A stretch of DNA of 28,179 nucleotides from a virus. Taxonomy: Duplodnaviria; Heunggongvirae; Uroviricota; Caudoviricetes. Under the pieces are notes generated by a model. It searched no databases. It was not told the DNA's origin and saw nothing but the letters and a program-made list of their open reading frames with translations. The DNA is taken from IMG/VR virus record IMGVR_UViG_2778261154_000006, positions 1 through 28,179 of that record, one strand, 5' to 3'. The position numbers were made by a program, and so were the translations under genes. How positions within the stretch are numbered: position 1 is the first letter of the stretch; every line of letters starts with the position of its first letter. Shown piece after piece: positions 16,374-25,791 of this stretch.

Positions 16374-17075
16374 ATGCAGACTCCGGCGCAAAAGTTCAGA
16401 GCCAGACTGGCCGCGCAGCAGGCGATGGAACGCCACGAGGCACTGACCGTACGCGACAGTCTTCATCTGCAACTGGCGCAACTGGAAATCGACTGCAGGG
16501 CTGTGAGCAGTTGCGCCACCAACGCCGATCGTGTGGCATTCAAGCGTGAATCCCTGCTGCCGCGCTGGATGCCGACGATTGAGGCGTGGCTGCAAAGCGG
16601 CGAGGAGTACAAATACATCCCGTTTACCTGGTGCATCGTCTGGCTGTTTGATACCGGCGAAATGGACAAAGCCCTGGAATGGGCCGATATCGCCATCGGG
16701 CAGAATCAACCCATGCCACCACGCTTTGACCGTGATTTGCCAACGTTCGTTGCCGATGAGGTCATGCAGTGGGCACAGATTCAGTTTGATAAAGGCCTTT
16801 CCGTCGAGCCCTATTTCAGCCGCGTGATGAGCCATATCGAAAAAGACTGGACACTGCACGAAGAGATAGTTGCCAGATGGTACAAATTCGCCGGTCTTAA
16901 CCTGTTACGGGACAGCGATGGCAAACCGACAACCCCGGCCGCCATTTACGACGTGGCGAAACTACGTAGCGCCGATGAGTGGATGGCCCGTGCGCACAGC
17001 ACCACCCCCAAAGCAGGTGTTCGCGCCATACGAAACAAAATAGCCGCCCGTCTGCGCGCATTACGGGCGGTATAA
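16374..17075 (+). CDS. M: terminase small/endonuclease subunit, P2 gpM family
   Basis: 233-aa ORF. Segment ESLLPRWMPTIEAWL...WLFDTGEMDKALEWADIAI parallels P2 gpM (RELLPFWLPWV...WRLDTGDIAGALEIARYAL, recalled from memory). Confidence 0.78.
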   Translation: MQTPAQKFRARLAAQQAMERHEALTVRDSLHLQLAQLEIDCRAVSSCATNADRVAFKRESLLPRWMPTIEAWLQSGEEYKYIPFTWCIVWLFDTGEMDKALEWADIAIGQNQPMPPRFDRDLPTFVADEVMQWAQIQFDKGLSVEPYFSRVMSHIEKDWTLHEEIVARWYKFAGLNLLRDSDGKPTTPAAIYDVAKLRSADEWMARAHSTTPKAGVRAIRNKIAARLRALRAV

Positions 17076-17179
17076 CGAAAGCCCCACGGCTTCAGGCGGG
17101 CACGGTGAGGATGACACGCACAAGCGTCAGTCATGCCGCAGAACCGTTCGCCCGACCTGACCTACACAGAGAATCAGTC

Positions 17180-17650
17180 ATGAACCTGAAACCAGGCTAC
17201 AGCACAGACCAGAACACAGACACTGCTACAGGCATGCTTAAAAATGATGGCTTCTGGCCGGATCTGGTCATGGCTGATTTTCGCAGAAGCCGAACTATCC
17301 CACTGGATATCCCTGCATCACTGGCAGAACAGGCGTTATTGTCTGCCGTCTTTGAGGTGAACACCGCACTGACCGGTGTGAAATCCCGCTACGTAGTGCA
17401 GGGAATAGCGCAGGCGGCGGACGTGGAAGGCCCGCAACTTAACGGCGAAAGCGCCCTTTGCGCACAGTACAAAAAAGCGGTCTTTGCCCGCGCCAAAGCC
17501 GATCTTCTCGGTGAGTTTACGGCGGTGAACACCCGCCACGCCGACAGCAATATCGACAGTAATGACACCCGCGAAACCCTGCTTGCTGAAGCGGCCTTTG
17601 TGCTGCGTGCTATCCAGGGCGCAGGCCGTGTGGGAGTGTACATCTTATGA
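17180..17650 (+). CDS. L: head completion/stabilisation protein, P2 gpL family
   Basis: About 157 aa from the ATG at 17180 (MNLKPGY...). C-terminal RAIQGAGRVGVYIL parallels the P2 gpL C-terminus. The longer track ORF (16979) would overlap M by about 100 bp. Confidence 0.72.
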   Translation: MNLKPGYSTDQNTDTATGMLKNDGFWPDLVMADFRRSRTIPLDIPASLAEQALLSAVFEVNTALTGVKSRYVVQGIAQAADVEGPQLNGESALCAQYKKAVFARAKADLLGEFTAVNTRHADSNIDSNDTRETLLAEAAFVLRAIQGAGRVGVYIL

Positions 17651-18126
17651 GCCAGTTCGACAGCCTTTATGCATATCTGCGGCAGGTGTTTGACATTTCC
17701 GTGTTTGACAATACCGGCTTTGATTCGTGGATGAGTGATATTCGTCTTTTGCCCGCAGAGAAAGACATGGGGCTTGGACAGATAAGAATGGGTATTCGCC
17801 AGTACAACGCCGTGTTCGACTGGCAGCGCTGGCCATGGCGTCAGGTTGACCCTGATTTGCTGTTATGCGCCCTGCTTGTCTGGCGGGACGAACAGGCTAA
17901 TGACTACTACAGCCAGCTTGAGCTTGATGCGCCGGATGTCAACATCGAACCCACGGACGACAACATTGCAGAAGTGACTGTCAGTATGCCGCTCGCTGAC
18001 CCCATCATTCTGATCCCGGACGAGGCCGGTTTTATCATGATGGGCGGCATCCGTTACCGGCTGGATAAGCCAGAGATCTGGGTGGCAGAAAATATCACTG
18101 TATCCACCATCAGGGCAGGGAAATAA
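17647..18126 (+). CDS. putative virion/head-tail joining protein
   Basis: 159-aa ORF with ATGA overlap to L. Position between the head and tail genes. No confident motif. Confidence 0.4.
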   Translation: MSQFDSLYAYLRQVFDISVFDNTGFDSWMSDIRLLPAEKDMGLGQIRMGIRQYNAVFDWQRWPWRQVDPDLLLCALLVWRDEQANDYYSQLELDAPDVNIEPTDDNIAEVTVSMPLADPIILIPDEAGFIMMGGIRYRLDKPEIWVAENITVSTIRAGK

Positions 18127-18129
18127 ACA

Positions 18130-18858
18130 ATGGACATCTCCCTGCACGGCGAACTTAACCGGACACAGCTTAAGCAGCTGCAGACAATGCTGGCCAACGG
18201 TGAGCTCCCCCCGGCAAAACAACAGCGTCTGCTGCAGCGTATCGCAAAACGCGGCGTTATTCCGGCCGCAAAGCGCCATGTTCGCGAACAAAAGAATGTT
18301 GATGGCAGCAGTTTTGCAGAACGCCGCTATGGCAACAGACCGCTGCTGAAGGGGCTCCCTAAATTTCTGAAAGTGCACGACATGCCATCAGCGAAATCGG
18401 TGCGTATATACGCAGCAGGCAGGAGCTATCGCCAGCCCCACAACCACAGGGAAATCAGCGTGGGTGCAGTGGGATATATCCAGAGCCATGGCGTTACGTT
18501 CACAGTGAACGCATCGCAGCTGAAAACCGACGCGATGGAAAAAGCCAGCAAGGAACCCTGCTCCCGCCGTCAGGCGATAAAGCTGCGCAAGCTGGGCTAT
18601 ACGGTGAGCGGCAAAAAAAGGGGGACGCGCCGCAAACCATCAACGGCAGATATCCGGACGTCGCTCACGAAAGGGCAGGCAGGCGTGATTATCCGCAGCA
18701 TGGAAGGCATACCATCCAAAAGCTGCTGGACGATAACCATCCCACCCCGTCAGTTCCTTGGTGTCAGTAACGAGGAATTTGCACGGATACTGTCCCGCCA
18801 GTTGCAGGGCATCAATTATGGCTGGCAGACAAAGCCGCAGGACATTAAGAGGAAATAA
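18130..18858 (+). CDS. putative virion morphogenesis / tail completion protein
   Basis: 242-aa ORF in the structural operon, very basic C-terminal half. Assignment by position only. Confidence 0.35.
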   Translation: MDISLHGELNRTQLKQLQTMLANGELPPAKQQRLLQRIAKRGVIPAAKRHVREQKNVDGSSFAERRYGNRPLLKGLPKFLKVHDMPSAKSVRIYAAGRSYRQPHNHREISVGAVGYIQSHGVTFTVNASQLKTDAMEKASKEPCSRRQAIKLRKLGYTVSGKKRGTRRKPSTADIRTSLTKGQAGVIIRSMEGIPSKSCWTITIPPRQFLGVSNEEFARILSRQLQGINYGWQTKPQDIKRK

Positions 18859-18861
18859 CCC

Positions 18862-19986
18862 ATGACGTTTCCACAGGTCACAATTAATCAGCTCAACACC
18901 CACAGCGGAAGCAAGCGTGGGATCGCCTGCACCCTGCTGATGGTGGGCGAGCATACAAAAGCCATTCTCCCGACACCGGTTACAGCACAAACCGATCTTG
19001 ACTCGCTGTTAGGAACAAAGGATTCATTGTTACGCAGTAACGTGCAGGCGTTTCTGGATAATGCCGGACAAAATGCCATGATCTGGCTGGCAACCGTGCA
19101 GACACCCCAGCCTTCTGGTCAGACCCGAACGTGGGCTGATGTGGTTATGGATGCACAGGCCACCCTCTCGGTGGAAGGCGTTGTCGTTGTTCGCGCTAAC
19201 GCCTCAGGTAACGATATCGACAAAGCGCAGCAACTGCGCAGCGAACTCAATAACACCTTCCAGCGCTGGACATGGTTTATCCTGGCTGTTCGCGGCTGCG
19301 GAACAGGCGAGAAGTGGTCAGAATACGTCACCGTCATGACCGGACTACAGAAAGGCATTGCCGCTTACGCGGTGCAGCTTACCCCGATGCTGTTCGGCAA
19401 TGAACCGGGGATACTGGCCGGTCGCCTTTGCAATCCATCAGTGACGATTGCTGATTCCCCCGCCCGTGTTGCAACCGGCGCACTGGTCAATATGGGCCGC
19501 AACGATAAACCGCAGGACAGCGACAAGCGCGAACTGGACATTGCCACCATCAGGGCCCTGAACAGGGCGCGTTTCAGCGTACCAACGTGGTATCCCGACT
19601 ACGAAGGTTACTACTGGGCCGACGGCGTCACGCTCGATGTGGACGGTGGCGATTATCAGGCTATCGAATATCTGCGCGTTGCCGATGAAATGGCCCGTCA
19701 GGTGCGTTTGCTGGCTATCCCAAAAATCGCCAATCGCTCACTGAACTCCACCCCGGCAAGTGTGGCCGCGCACCAACAGCTTTTCGCGAAGCCCATGCGC
19801 GACGGCGCAAAGAGCCTGAAAATCAACGGCACGGTATTCCCTGGCCTTTGCATGTCACCGCACGACGGCGACGTAAAAATCTCATGGCCGGAAAAAGACA
19901 AAGTGCAGATTGCGATCGTGGTTCGCCCGTATAACTGCCCGAAAGAAATCACCATCAGCATCATGCTGGACGAAAGCGGAGAGTAA
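18862..19986 (+). CDS. putative tail sheath protein
   Basis: 374-aa ORF directly upstream of a 153-aa ORF, a sheath/tube-like size pairing. Not recognisably similar to P2 FI from memory, so the assignment is positional. Confidence 0.45.
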   Translation: MTFPQVTINQLNTHSGSKRGIACTLLMVGEHTKAILPTPVTAQTDLDSLLGTKDSLLRSNVQAFLDNAGQNAMIWLATVQTPQPSGQTRTWADVVMDAQATLSVEGVVVVRANASGNDIDKAQQLRSELNNTFQRWTWFILAVRGCGTGEKWSEYVTVMTGLQKGIAAYAVQLTPMLFGNEPGILAGRLCNPSVTIADSPARVATGALVNMGRNDKPQDSDKRELDIATIRALNRARFSVPTWYPDYEGYYWADGVTLDVDGGDYQAIEYLRVADEMARQVRLLAIPKIANRSLNSTPASVAAHQQLFAKPMRDGAKSLKINGTVFPGLCMSPHDGDVKISWPEKDKVQIAIVVRPYNCPKEITISIMLDESGE

Positions 19987-19989
19987 CCC

Positions 19990-20451
19990 ATGAACACCGA
20001 ACGCATCAGTGGTATGAGCTTTGACACGTCATTTAATGGCCGCATCGTTCACGTAAAAACCGCCACCCTTGATATTACCGACAACACCAAAGCCATTCAG
20101 GAGCGCGGTGTACCTGATGGCTGGGTACGCGGCGACGTGGAAGCCGGCGGTGAAATTGAACTGGATACCGTTAACTTCCAGCTTCTTGGTGAAGCCGCGC
20201 GTGAAGCAGGGAGCTGGCGCGACATCGAAGAAGCCGACTTTCTCTTCTTTGCCCGTGCAGCAAAGACAGAACTCAGGGTGGAAGCCTTTGGTTGCAAACT
20301 GCTGATCAGTAACCTGCTGAATATCGACAGCAAGGGCGGTGACAACATAAGCCATAAAATCAAATTTATGGTGACTTCGCCGGAGTTCGTCAAAATTGAC
20401 GGTGTTCCGGTTCTCAGCGCCACCGATGTTCGGGACATCATGAACCAATAG
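19990..20451 (+). CDS. putative tail tube protein
   Basis: 153-aa ORF following the putative sheath gene. Positional assignment. Confidence 0.45.
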   Translation: MNTERISGMSFDTSFNGRIVHVKTATLDITDNTKAIQERGVPDGWVRGDVEAGGEIELDTVNFQLLGEAAREAGSWRDIEEADFLFFARAAKTELRVEAFGCKLLISNLLNIDSKGGDNISHKIKFMVTSPEFVKIDGVPVLSATDVRDIMNQ

Positions 20452-20459
20452 GAAAGACA

Positions 20460-20798
20460 ATGCAAAGCACCCCCCACAACTGGAGCGACTGGCTGGCGAT
20501 AATCAAAGACTGGTTACGTGGTGATATCCCTCTTGACAGTCTGCTGATGACTGCCGTCATTGCAGCACTCAGAGTGTTTTACACAGGCCGCAGCTGGCGT
20601 CGTCTTTTGCTTGAGGTGCCGTTGTGTTGCCTGCTGGCCGTGGCGGCATTCACCCTCATTAAGCCGGTCCCCGTCGCATGGCTGACCGAAGACTGGCGCG
20701 TCGGTATCGGTGCCGCAATTGGCCTTATTGGTGTTGAACATATCCGGGCACTGGGTGTGTTCATCACAAAGAAATTTGCAGGGAAAAGTGACGAATGA
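20460..20798 (+). CDS. holin (putative, multi-pass membrane protein)
   Basis: 112-aa ORF with hydrophobic segments (LLMTAVIAALRVF, LCCLLAVAAFTLI, IGAAIGLIGV) and a charged C-terminus. Overlaps the lysozyme gene start. Confidence 0.6.
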   Translation: MQSTPHNWSDWLAIIKDWLRGDIPLDSLLMTAVIAALRVFYTGRSWRRLLLEVPLCCLLAVAAFTLIKPVPVAWLTEDWRVGIGAAIGLIGVEHIRALGVFITKKFAGKSDE

Positions 20799-21238
20799 AA
20801 ATTTCAGACAACGGGCTGGCCGCACTTAAACGCGAAGAAAACTGCAAACTGACCGCTTACCCCGATCCGCGCGGCGTATGGACCATTGGTACAGGTCACA
20901 CAGGAAAGGTTGATGGTGTCGCAGTTCACAAAGGCATGACCATCACCCAGGACACCGCCGACAGACTGCTACGCGACGATCTGTCATGGGTGGAGCACTG
21001 CATCGCTGAACGGGTAACAGTTCCGCTGAACCAGAGTCAGTATGACGCGTTGTGTAGCCTGATTTTCAATATCGGCGCTGACGCTTTTATCGGTTCCACC
21101 GTTCGCCGTCAGTTAAACGCCGGCAACTACACCGCCGCCGCTGATGCTTTCCTGAAATGGAGCCGCGCAGGCAGTAACCCGACAATTCTGGCCCCGCGTC
21201 GCGGACGTGAGCGGGCAATGTTTCTGGGACAGAGGTAA
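20795..21238 (+). CDS. phage lysozyme / endolysin (GH24, lambda R / P21 R-like)
   Basis: GVWTIGTGHTGK matches the GH24 endolysin core (compare P21 R GVWTVCHGHTGK, recalled from memory). N-terminal E-x8-T context. Flanked by holin and spanin genes. Confidence 0.85.
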   Translation: MKISDNGLAALKREENCKLTAYPDPRGVWTIGTGHTGKVDGVAVHKGMTITQDTADRLLRDDLSWVEHCIAERVTVPLNQSQYDALCSLIFNIGADAFIGSTVRRQLNAGNYTAAADAFLKWSRAGSNPTILAPRRGRERAMFLGQR

Positions 21239-21244
21239 GGCCAC

Positions 21245-21709
21245 ATGAAACGCGCAACACTCGCCTTTATCGTCTTCATGGTCGTCGCCGTGGCCGTGCT
21301 CGGCTTCACAGCTGACTACTGGCACAACCGCTTCACCAGGGCAGAAAAAGCCCGCCAGAAAGCCGTAAATCTTGCCGACACCCGACAGCAGACCATTGAC
21401 GACATGACACTGCGTCAGCGCCAGAACGCCGCGCTTGATGCGAAATACACAAAGGAGCTCGCCAATGCAAAAGCTGAATCCGAAAAGTTACGCGCCGATC
21501 TTGCTTCTGGCCGTCGCCGGTTGCAGCTCCACGCCGTCTGTATGCCCGCCGCCACGCGTGATACCACCGCCACCGGCTCAACTGATGCAACCGCCGCCCG
21601 ACTTACTCCGGACGCTGAACGGGATTATCAGCATCTCAGAGCCGAAGCGAAAGCCGTCGTTGCACAAGTGAACGGCCTGCAACAGTACATTACTGAACAA
21701 TGTCATTAA
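21245..21709 (+). CDS. Rz: i-spanin (Rz-like)
   Basis: N-terminal transmembrane segment LAFIVFMVVAVAVLGF, then a charged coiled-coil-like periplasmic domain. Contains an embedded out-of-frame lipoprotein ORF. Confidence 0.8.
   Translation: MKRATLAFIVFMVVAVAVLGFTADYWHNRFTRAEKARQKAVNLADTRQQTIDDMTLRQRQNAALDAKYTKELANAKAESEKLRADLASGRRRLQLHAVCMPAATRDTTATGSTDATAARLTPDAERDYQHLRAEAKAVVAQVNGLQQYITEQCH
21465..21671 (+). CDS. Rz1: o-spanin (Rz1-like outer-membrane lipoprotein), embedded in the +1 frame of Rz
   Basis: AAGGAG SD 8 nt upstream of the ATG at 21465. Signal peptide plus lipobox LAVAGC. Proline-rich mature peptide (PPPRVIPPPPAQLMQPPP). Confidence 0.75.
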   Translation: MQKLNPKSYAPILLLAVAGCSSTPSVCPPPRVIPPPPAQLMQPPPDLLRTLNGIISISEPKRKPSLHK

Positions 21710-21712
21710 AAA

Positions 21713-22012
21713 ATGGCACCACTCACCGGGGAAAATAGCATGAAAGACGAAAATACCACCATCATCACCCTGACCGTCGCAGGCGAGGACATTCGCTTCG
21801 CCCCGACCGAAGCTGTCTACAACAAGTTCGTGAATGAAATAACGATGGATAACAAGGTGGCGCCAGCCAAAAACTACCTGATGCGCTGTGTACACCCGGA
21901 AGACAAAGAGAAACTGGAGAAGCTCATTCACCGCCCGGGAGCAGCCCTTCAGATGGCAGCAAAACTCAATGAAGATTTTGCCGTCAATCTGGATATCACC
22001 GTAAAAAAATAA
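21713..22012 (+). CDS. tail assembly chaperone (zero-frame product; G/E-equivalent)
   Basis: 99-aa ORF immediately upstream of the tape-measure gene. Ends in ...GTA AAA AAA TAA, i.e. a slippery A7 run directly before the stop. Confidence 0.6.
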   Translation: MAPLTGENSMKDENTTIITLTVAGEDIRFAPTEAVYNKFVNEITMDNKVAPAKNYLMRCVHPEDKEKLEKLIHRPGAALQMAAKLNEDFAVNLDITVKK

Positions 22013-22200
22013 AGGCGGCACTGTCCGGCATTGAGCGCAACGGCTACGCGCAATATCTGGTATTACGCCGCCACTGGCTACCGGATGGCGAGGACACACC
22101 GGAAGACATTGCCGCTGCGGTCTGGCTGGACAACCGTTATTTCGAAAACATGAGTATTGCCGTCAATAACGGCATTGCGAGAGCATTTAAAGGTGGGTAA
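21713..22200 (+). CDS. tail assembly chaperone, predicted -1 programmed-frameshift fusion product (GT/E+E'-equivalent), slip at the A7 run 22003-22009
   Basis: After a -1 shift on A AAA AAA, the frame is open for about 62 more codons (KKIKAALSGIERNGYAQYLVLRRHWLPDGEDTPEDIAAAVWLDNRYFENMSIAVNNGIARAFKGG). It stops at TAA 22198-22200, overlapping the tape-measure ATG at 22200. No ATG-initiated ORF covers this 188-bp stretch. Confidence 0.5.
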
Positions 22201-24281
22201 TGGCTGCTGAACTTGATTTTACGCTAAGTCTGGTTGATAAGCTGACGAGACCCTTAAAACAGGCGCAATCGGCTGTGACCGGATTTGCTGACAAGGCAAC
22301 AGCCGACTTTAAACGTCTCGGTTTTGGTGTGGCCGGGTTATGGGGGGCTGCTCAGGGAATAAAAGGACTGGTCAACCCCGCCCGCGACATGGAAGCCGCG
22401 CTGGCCGAAGTCAGCTCGCTGGATGTGGCAAATAAAACACTCGATCAGCTGCGTAAAACTTCACAGACGTTTGCCATTAACTACGGCGAAAGCGCCAGCA
22501 ATTTCGTCCGCAGCGCCTACGATATCCAGTCCGCCATCGCAGGACTTCAGGGTGACGAACTGCCAAAATTTACTGAAGCATCCGCCATTCTCGCCAAAGC
22601 CACCAAATCAGACACGGCCACCATTACTAACTATATGGGCACCATGTACGGTGTTTTTAAAAATACCGCAGAGAAGATGGGGCGCACGCAGTGGGTTGAA
22701 CAAATTGCCGGGCAGACCGCAACCGCCGTTCAGGTGTTCAAAACTACCGGTAATGAAATGTCTGCTGCCTTTACTGCGCTGGGTGCCAACGCGCAGGCAA
22801 TGAAGGTATCTGCCGCTGAACAGTTCGCCGTACTGGGACAGCTCCAGTCCACCATGTCAGGCAGCGAGGCGGGAACCAAATATAAATCATTCCTGGCGGG
22901 GATTGGGAATGCGCAAAAAGTGCTGGGGCTGAACTTTACCAACCGGGACGGCAGTGCCAGAAGCATTACCGGTATCATCGACCTGATTAAAGGAAAGTTT
23001 GGCGATCTGTCAAAAGTGGCAGATGCAGACCTGCTGAAAAAAGCCTTTGGCAGCGATGAAGCGGTGTCCATGATTAAACTACTGACCGGAGATGTTGACG
23101 GGCTGAAACGGAACATCAATACATTAGGTAACATCAAAGGCATGGATAAAGCCATCGAAATGGCGAAAAAGATGGTTGACCCGTGGGATCAGGTTAATTC
23201 TTTACTGGAGCAGGTTCGCGTCAGCATTGGTCTGCGGCTCGATCCCGTCTTTGCCCCGTTCCTGCAAAAAATCATCACCGGCGGGAAAGCCTTCATGAAA
23301 TGGCTGGATACGTTCCCCAATATTGCCCGCTGGCTGGGATATATCACTGCAATGACCCTCGCCTTTGCCGCAGCAGGGGCGCTTGCCAGTATCACGATGG
23401 GGGCCTTCGGCTTTATCATGACCGGGCTCAGCGGAATTGCTGGCGTGCTGAAAGGCGCATGGAAAGGACTAATCTTCACCCTGGATTTATTACGCCCCTC
23501 CCTGCTTTCAACCCGTCTTGGCCTGATGGGGCTATGGATTCAGGAAAAAGCCGTCTGGGTGTGGTCAAAGCTGGTCGCTCTTTGGGCAGGGATCTGTAAA
23601 GCAGCGATCGTAGCCTGGAACGTAGTGTTACGTGCGGGCGCGGTTGCAATGCGCCTGTGGGGCGTGGCGACGGCATTCGCAGGCGGTGCGCTTCAACTCC
23701 TGATAAGTCCCATAACCCTGATTATTCTCGCCATTGCCGCACTTGCCGTAGGGATCTGTCTGGCTATCAAATACTGGGACAGTATTAAAGCCGCCATCAT
23801 GGACACGGAAGCTTTCAGTGCCCTGCTAAAAGTCATTAACGCTGTGGTGGGCTGGTTTGATGATGCATGGAACAGCATTAAAGCCGGATGGGACAATCTG
23901 ACGAACTGGTTTAAAAATTTCTCGCTGGCCGACACATTCGGCAATATCACAGCTGGAATTGGCAAGCTCTTTGACGGCATATGGGATTCCATTAAGAGCG
24001 CCTTTACCGGGACATGGAACTGGATAGCAGAGAAGCTCAACAAAATCCCCGGTGTCAATATCAGCACCGCACAACAGACCGTCGCACCGACACCCGCCCC
24101 GGAGCTTATCACTGGCAACCGTAGCGCCGCCATCCAGGGCGGGCCGGTAAGTCACCAGATAAGCAACAACCGGGGCGACAAAGTCACCAATAACAACGTT
24201 AAGCAGGATATCACACTGCACGTTGACACCCTGGCGACACCGGGACAACTGGCGGAATACAGCGAACTGGCAGCGGGGTGA
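22200..24281 (+). CDS. tail tape measure protein
   Basis: 693-aa ORF directly after the chaperone/frameshift pair. Ala/Gly-rich with a central hydrophobic block (ITAMTLAFAAAGALASITMGAFGFIMTGLSGIAG...) and repeated W/G-containing segments. Confidence 0.85.
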   Translation: MAAELDFTLSLVDKLTRPLKQAQSAVTGFADKATADFKRLGFGVAGLWGAAQGIKGLVNPARDMEAALAEVSSLDVANKTLDQLRKTSQTFAINYGESASNFVRSAYDIQSAIAGLQGDELPKFTEASAILAKATKSDTATITNYMGTMYGVFKNTAEKMGRTQWVEQIAGQTATAVQVFKTTGNEMSAAFTALGANAQAMKVSAAEQFAVLGQLQSTMSGSEAGTKYKSFLAGIGNAQKVLGLNFTNRDGSARSITGIIDLIKGKFGDLSKVADADLLKKAFGSDEAVSMIKLLTGDVDGLKRNINTLGNIKGMDKAIEMAKKMVDPWDQVNSLLEQVRVSIGLRLDPVFAPFLQKIITGGKAFMKWLDTFPNIARWLGYITAMTLAFAAAGALASITMGAFGFIMTGLSGIAGVLKGAWKGLIFTLDLLRPSLLSTRLGLMGLWIQEKAVWVWSKLVALWAGICKAAIVAWNVVLRAGAVAMRLWGVATAFAGGALQLLISPITLIILAIAALAVGICLAIKYWDSIKAAIMDTEAFSALLKVINAVVGWFDDAWNSIKAGWDNLTNWFKNFSLADTFGNITAGIGKLFDGIWDSIKSAFTGTWNWIAEKLNKIPGVNISTAQQTVAPTPAPELITGNRSAAIQGGPVSHQISNNRGDKVTNNNVKQDITLHVDTLATPGQLAEYSELAAG

Positions 24282-24284
24282 CAA

Positions 24285-24623
24285 ATGAGTACGAAATCAC
24301 TTTATATCGACCTGCTCATTACTGACGGCGATCTTACGTTCAACTCCGCCAGTGAGCCGGTCTTGTGTGACAACCGCCAGAGTATTGCTCAGGACATGAT
24401 TCACGCCCTGATTGAAAGTGGTCTGCCCTGTCGTCTGATTGCGGAGAACAGCCCCACACTCAGGGCCGACCTGTTCACGCAAATGGTGATACTCCTGGAG
24501 GAGGATGAACGCCTCATTCCCGGCTCCGTATTTATTGACGAAGAGCAACGCGGCCAGCTCCTTGTTACCGCCGATACCTACGATTTTGGTCAGTTAAGCC
24601 AGGGGATGCGCTATGCAGAATAA
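24285..24623 (+). CDS. putative tail/baseplate protein
   Basis: 112-aa ORF between the tape-measure and baseplate J-like genes. Positional assignment. Confidence 0.4.
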   Translation: MSTKSLYIDLLITDGDLTFNSASEPVLCDNRQSIAQDMIHALIESGLPCRLIAENSPTLRADLFTQMVILLEEDERLIPGSVFIDEEQRGQLLVTADTYDFGQLSQGMRYAE

Positions 24624-25791
24624 TATCGACTTCAAAAACATACTGCGCGAAAGCGGAATGCCGGTTGATGAACAGACCGTACGTGACACCCTGCAACAGG
24701 TGGCAGATGATGAAAAACTCATCACCAATACGTCGCGCATGTCGCCATTCTGGCGGCTGATTCAGTTGCTGGTTATCACGCCGTATGTGTGGATTGTTGA
24801 CACACTGGCTGACAATGTACTGCATAATCTGTTTCTGATGACTGCCAGAGGGCCGTTCGTTGACCTGTTCGCTGCCGCCCTCAAGCTTACCCGCAAGGAA
24901 GCCACGCGTGCGATCGGTAAAATCATTTTTACCAAAAACAACCAGAATGACAGTGTGACCGTACCGGCTGGCACACTGATTCAGACGGAGCGTATTAACG
25001 GTGTGATTTATTCCATGGCGACCCGCGAGCAGGTAATTATCCCCGCAGGCACGCAAAGCACCCTTATTGATGTGATCGCCACCGACAGCGGTACGGCATT
25101 CAATCTGGCACCAGGCTATTACCAGATACTCCCCAAAGCGATTAACGGAATTGCGTCTGTACGTAACGGTGATAACTGGCTGACCATACCGGGCGCAAAC
25201 CGCGAAAGTGACGACGAACTGAAAGATCGTTGCCGTAACCAGTTTAACCTTGCCGGCAGTTATCACACTGACGCAGTTTACCGCAGCCTGATAGCTGCAC
25301 AGGCCGGACTGACCATCGATCGCATCTTCTTTTTACATGACGCCCCGCGAGGACCTGGTACAACTAATGCCTACCTGCTGCTGGATACCGGGGTTATTTC
25401 GCAACCCTGGGTTGACAGCGTGAATGATTACATCATGGCACAGGGACATCACGGCCACGGCGATGATATGCGTTGTTTTGCCATGCCGGAAACCCGCCAC
25501 GATCTGGCGGTTACGGTGTATGTTGAAAACCTTTCCAATATCAGCAAAAACGATATCGACGCCCTGAAATCAGGCACTGAAAACCTGATTCGTTGTGCAT
25601 TCCGTGAAAACAGTAACTACGACGTAACCCGCACATGGCCATACAGTCGCTTTTCATTCTCGCAACTGGGACGCGAACTGCATGACACCTTTCCTCTGGT
25701 GGGATCCGTGACGTTTTCCCTTGAGGATATCATCAGCGATCTGAACGTACCCCGCCTGAACACACTGACAGTTGAGGTGAAGAATGCCTGA
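24613..25791 (+). CDS. baseplate protein, J/gp47-like (putative)
   Basis: 392-aa ORF upstream of a gpI-like gene and the tail fibre. Size and position fit the baseplate J family. Confidence 0.5.
   Translation: MQNNIDFKNILRESGMPVDEQTVRDTLQQVADDEKLITNTSRMSPFWRLIQLLVITPYVWIVDTLADNVLHNLFLMTARGPFVDLFAAALKLTRKEATRAIGKIIFTKNNQNDSVTVPAGTLIQTERINGVIYSMATREQVIIPAGTQSTLIDVIATDSGTAFNLAPGYYQILPKAINGIASVRNGDNWLTIPGANRESDDELKDRCRNQFNLAGSYHTDAVYRSLIAAQAGLTIDRIFFLHDAPRGPGTTNAYLLLDTGVISQPWVDSVNDYIMAQGHHGHGDDMRCFAMPETRHDLAVTVYVENLSNISKNDIDALKSGTENLIRCAFRENSNYDVTRTWPYSRFSFSQLGRELHDTFPLVGSVTFSLEDIISDLNVPRLNTLTVEVKNA

Noticed and set aside
16364-16380. Inverted repeat GTCTG-ACGTATG-CAGAC between gpN and gpM as a terminator
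   Set aside because: No downstream T run, and it overlaps the gpM start region. More likely incidental or a translational-coupling structure.
16979-17179. N-terminal extension of the gpL ORF back to 16979
   Set aside because: It would overlap the end of gpM by about 100 bp and encode a His/Arg-rich low-complexity leader. The ATG at 17180 gives a gpL of the expected size.
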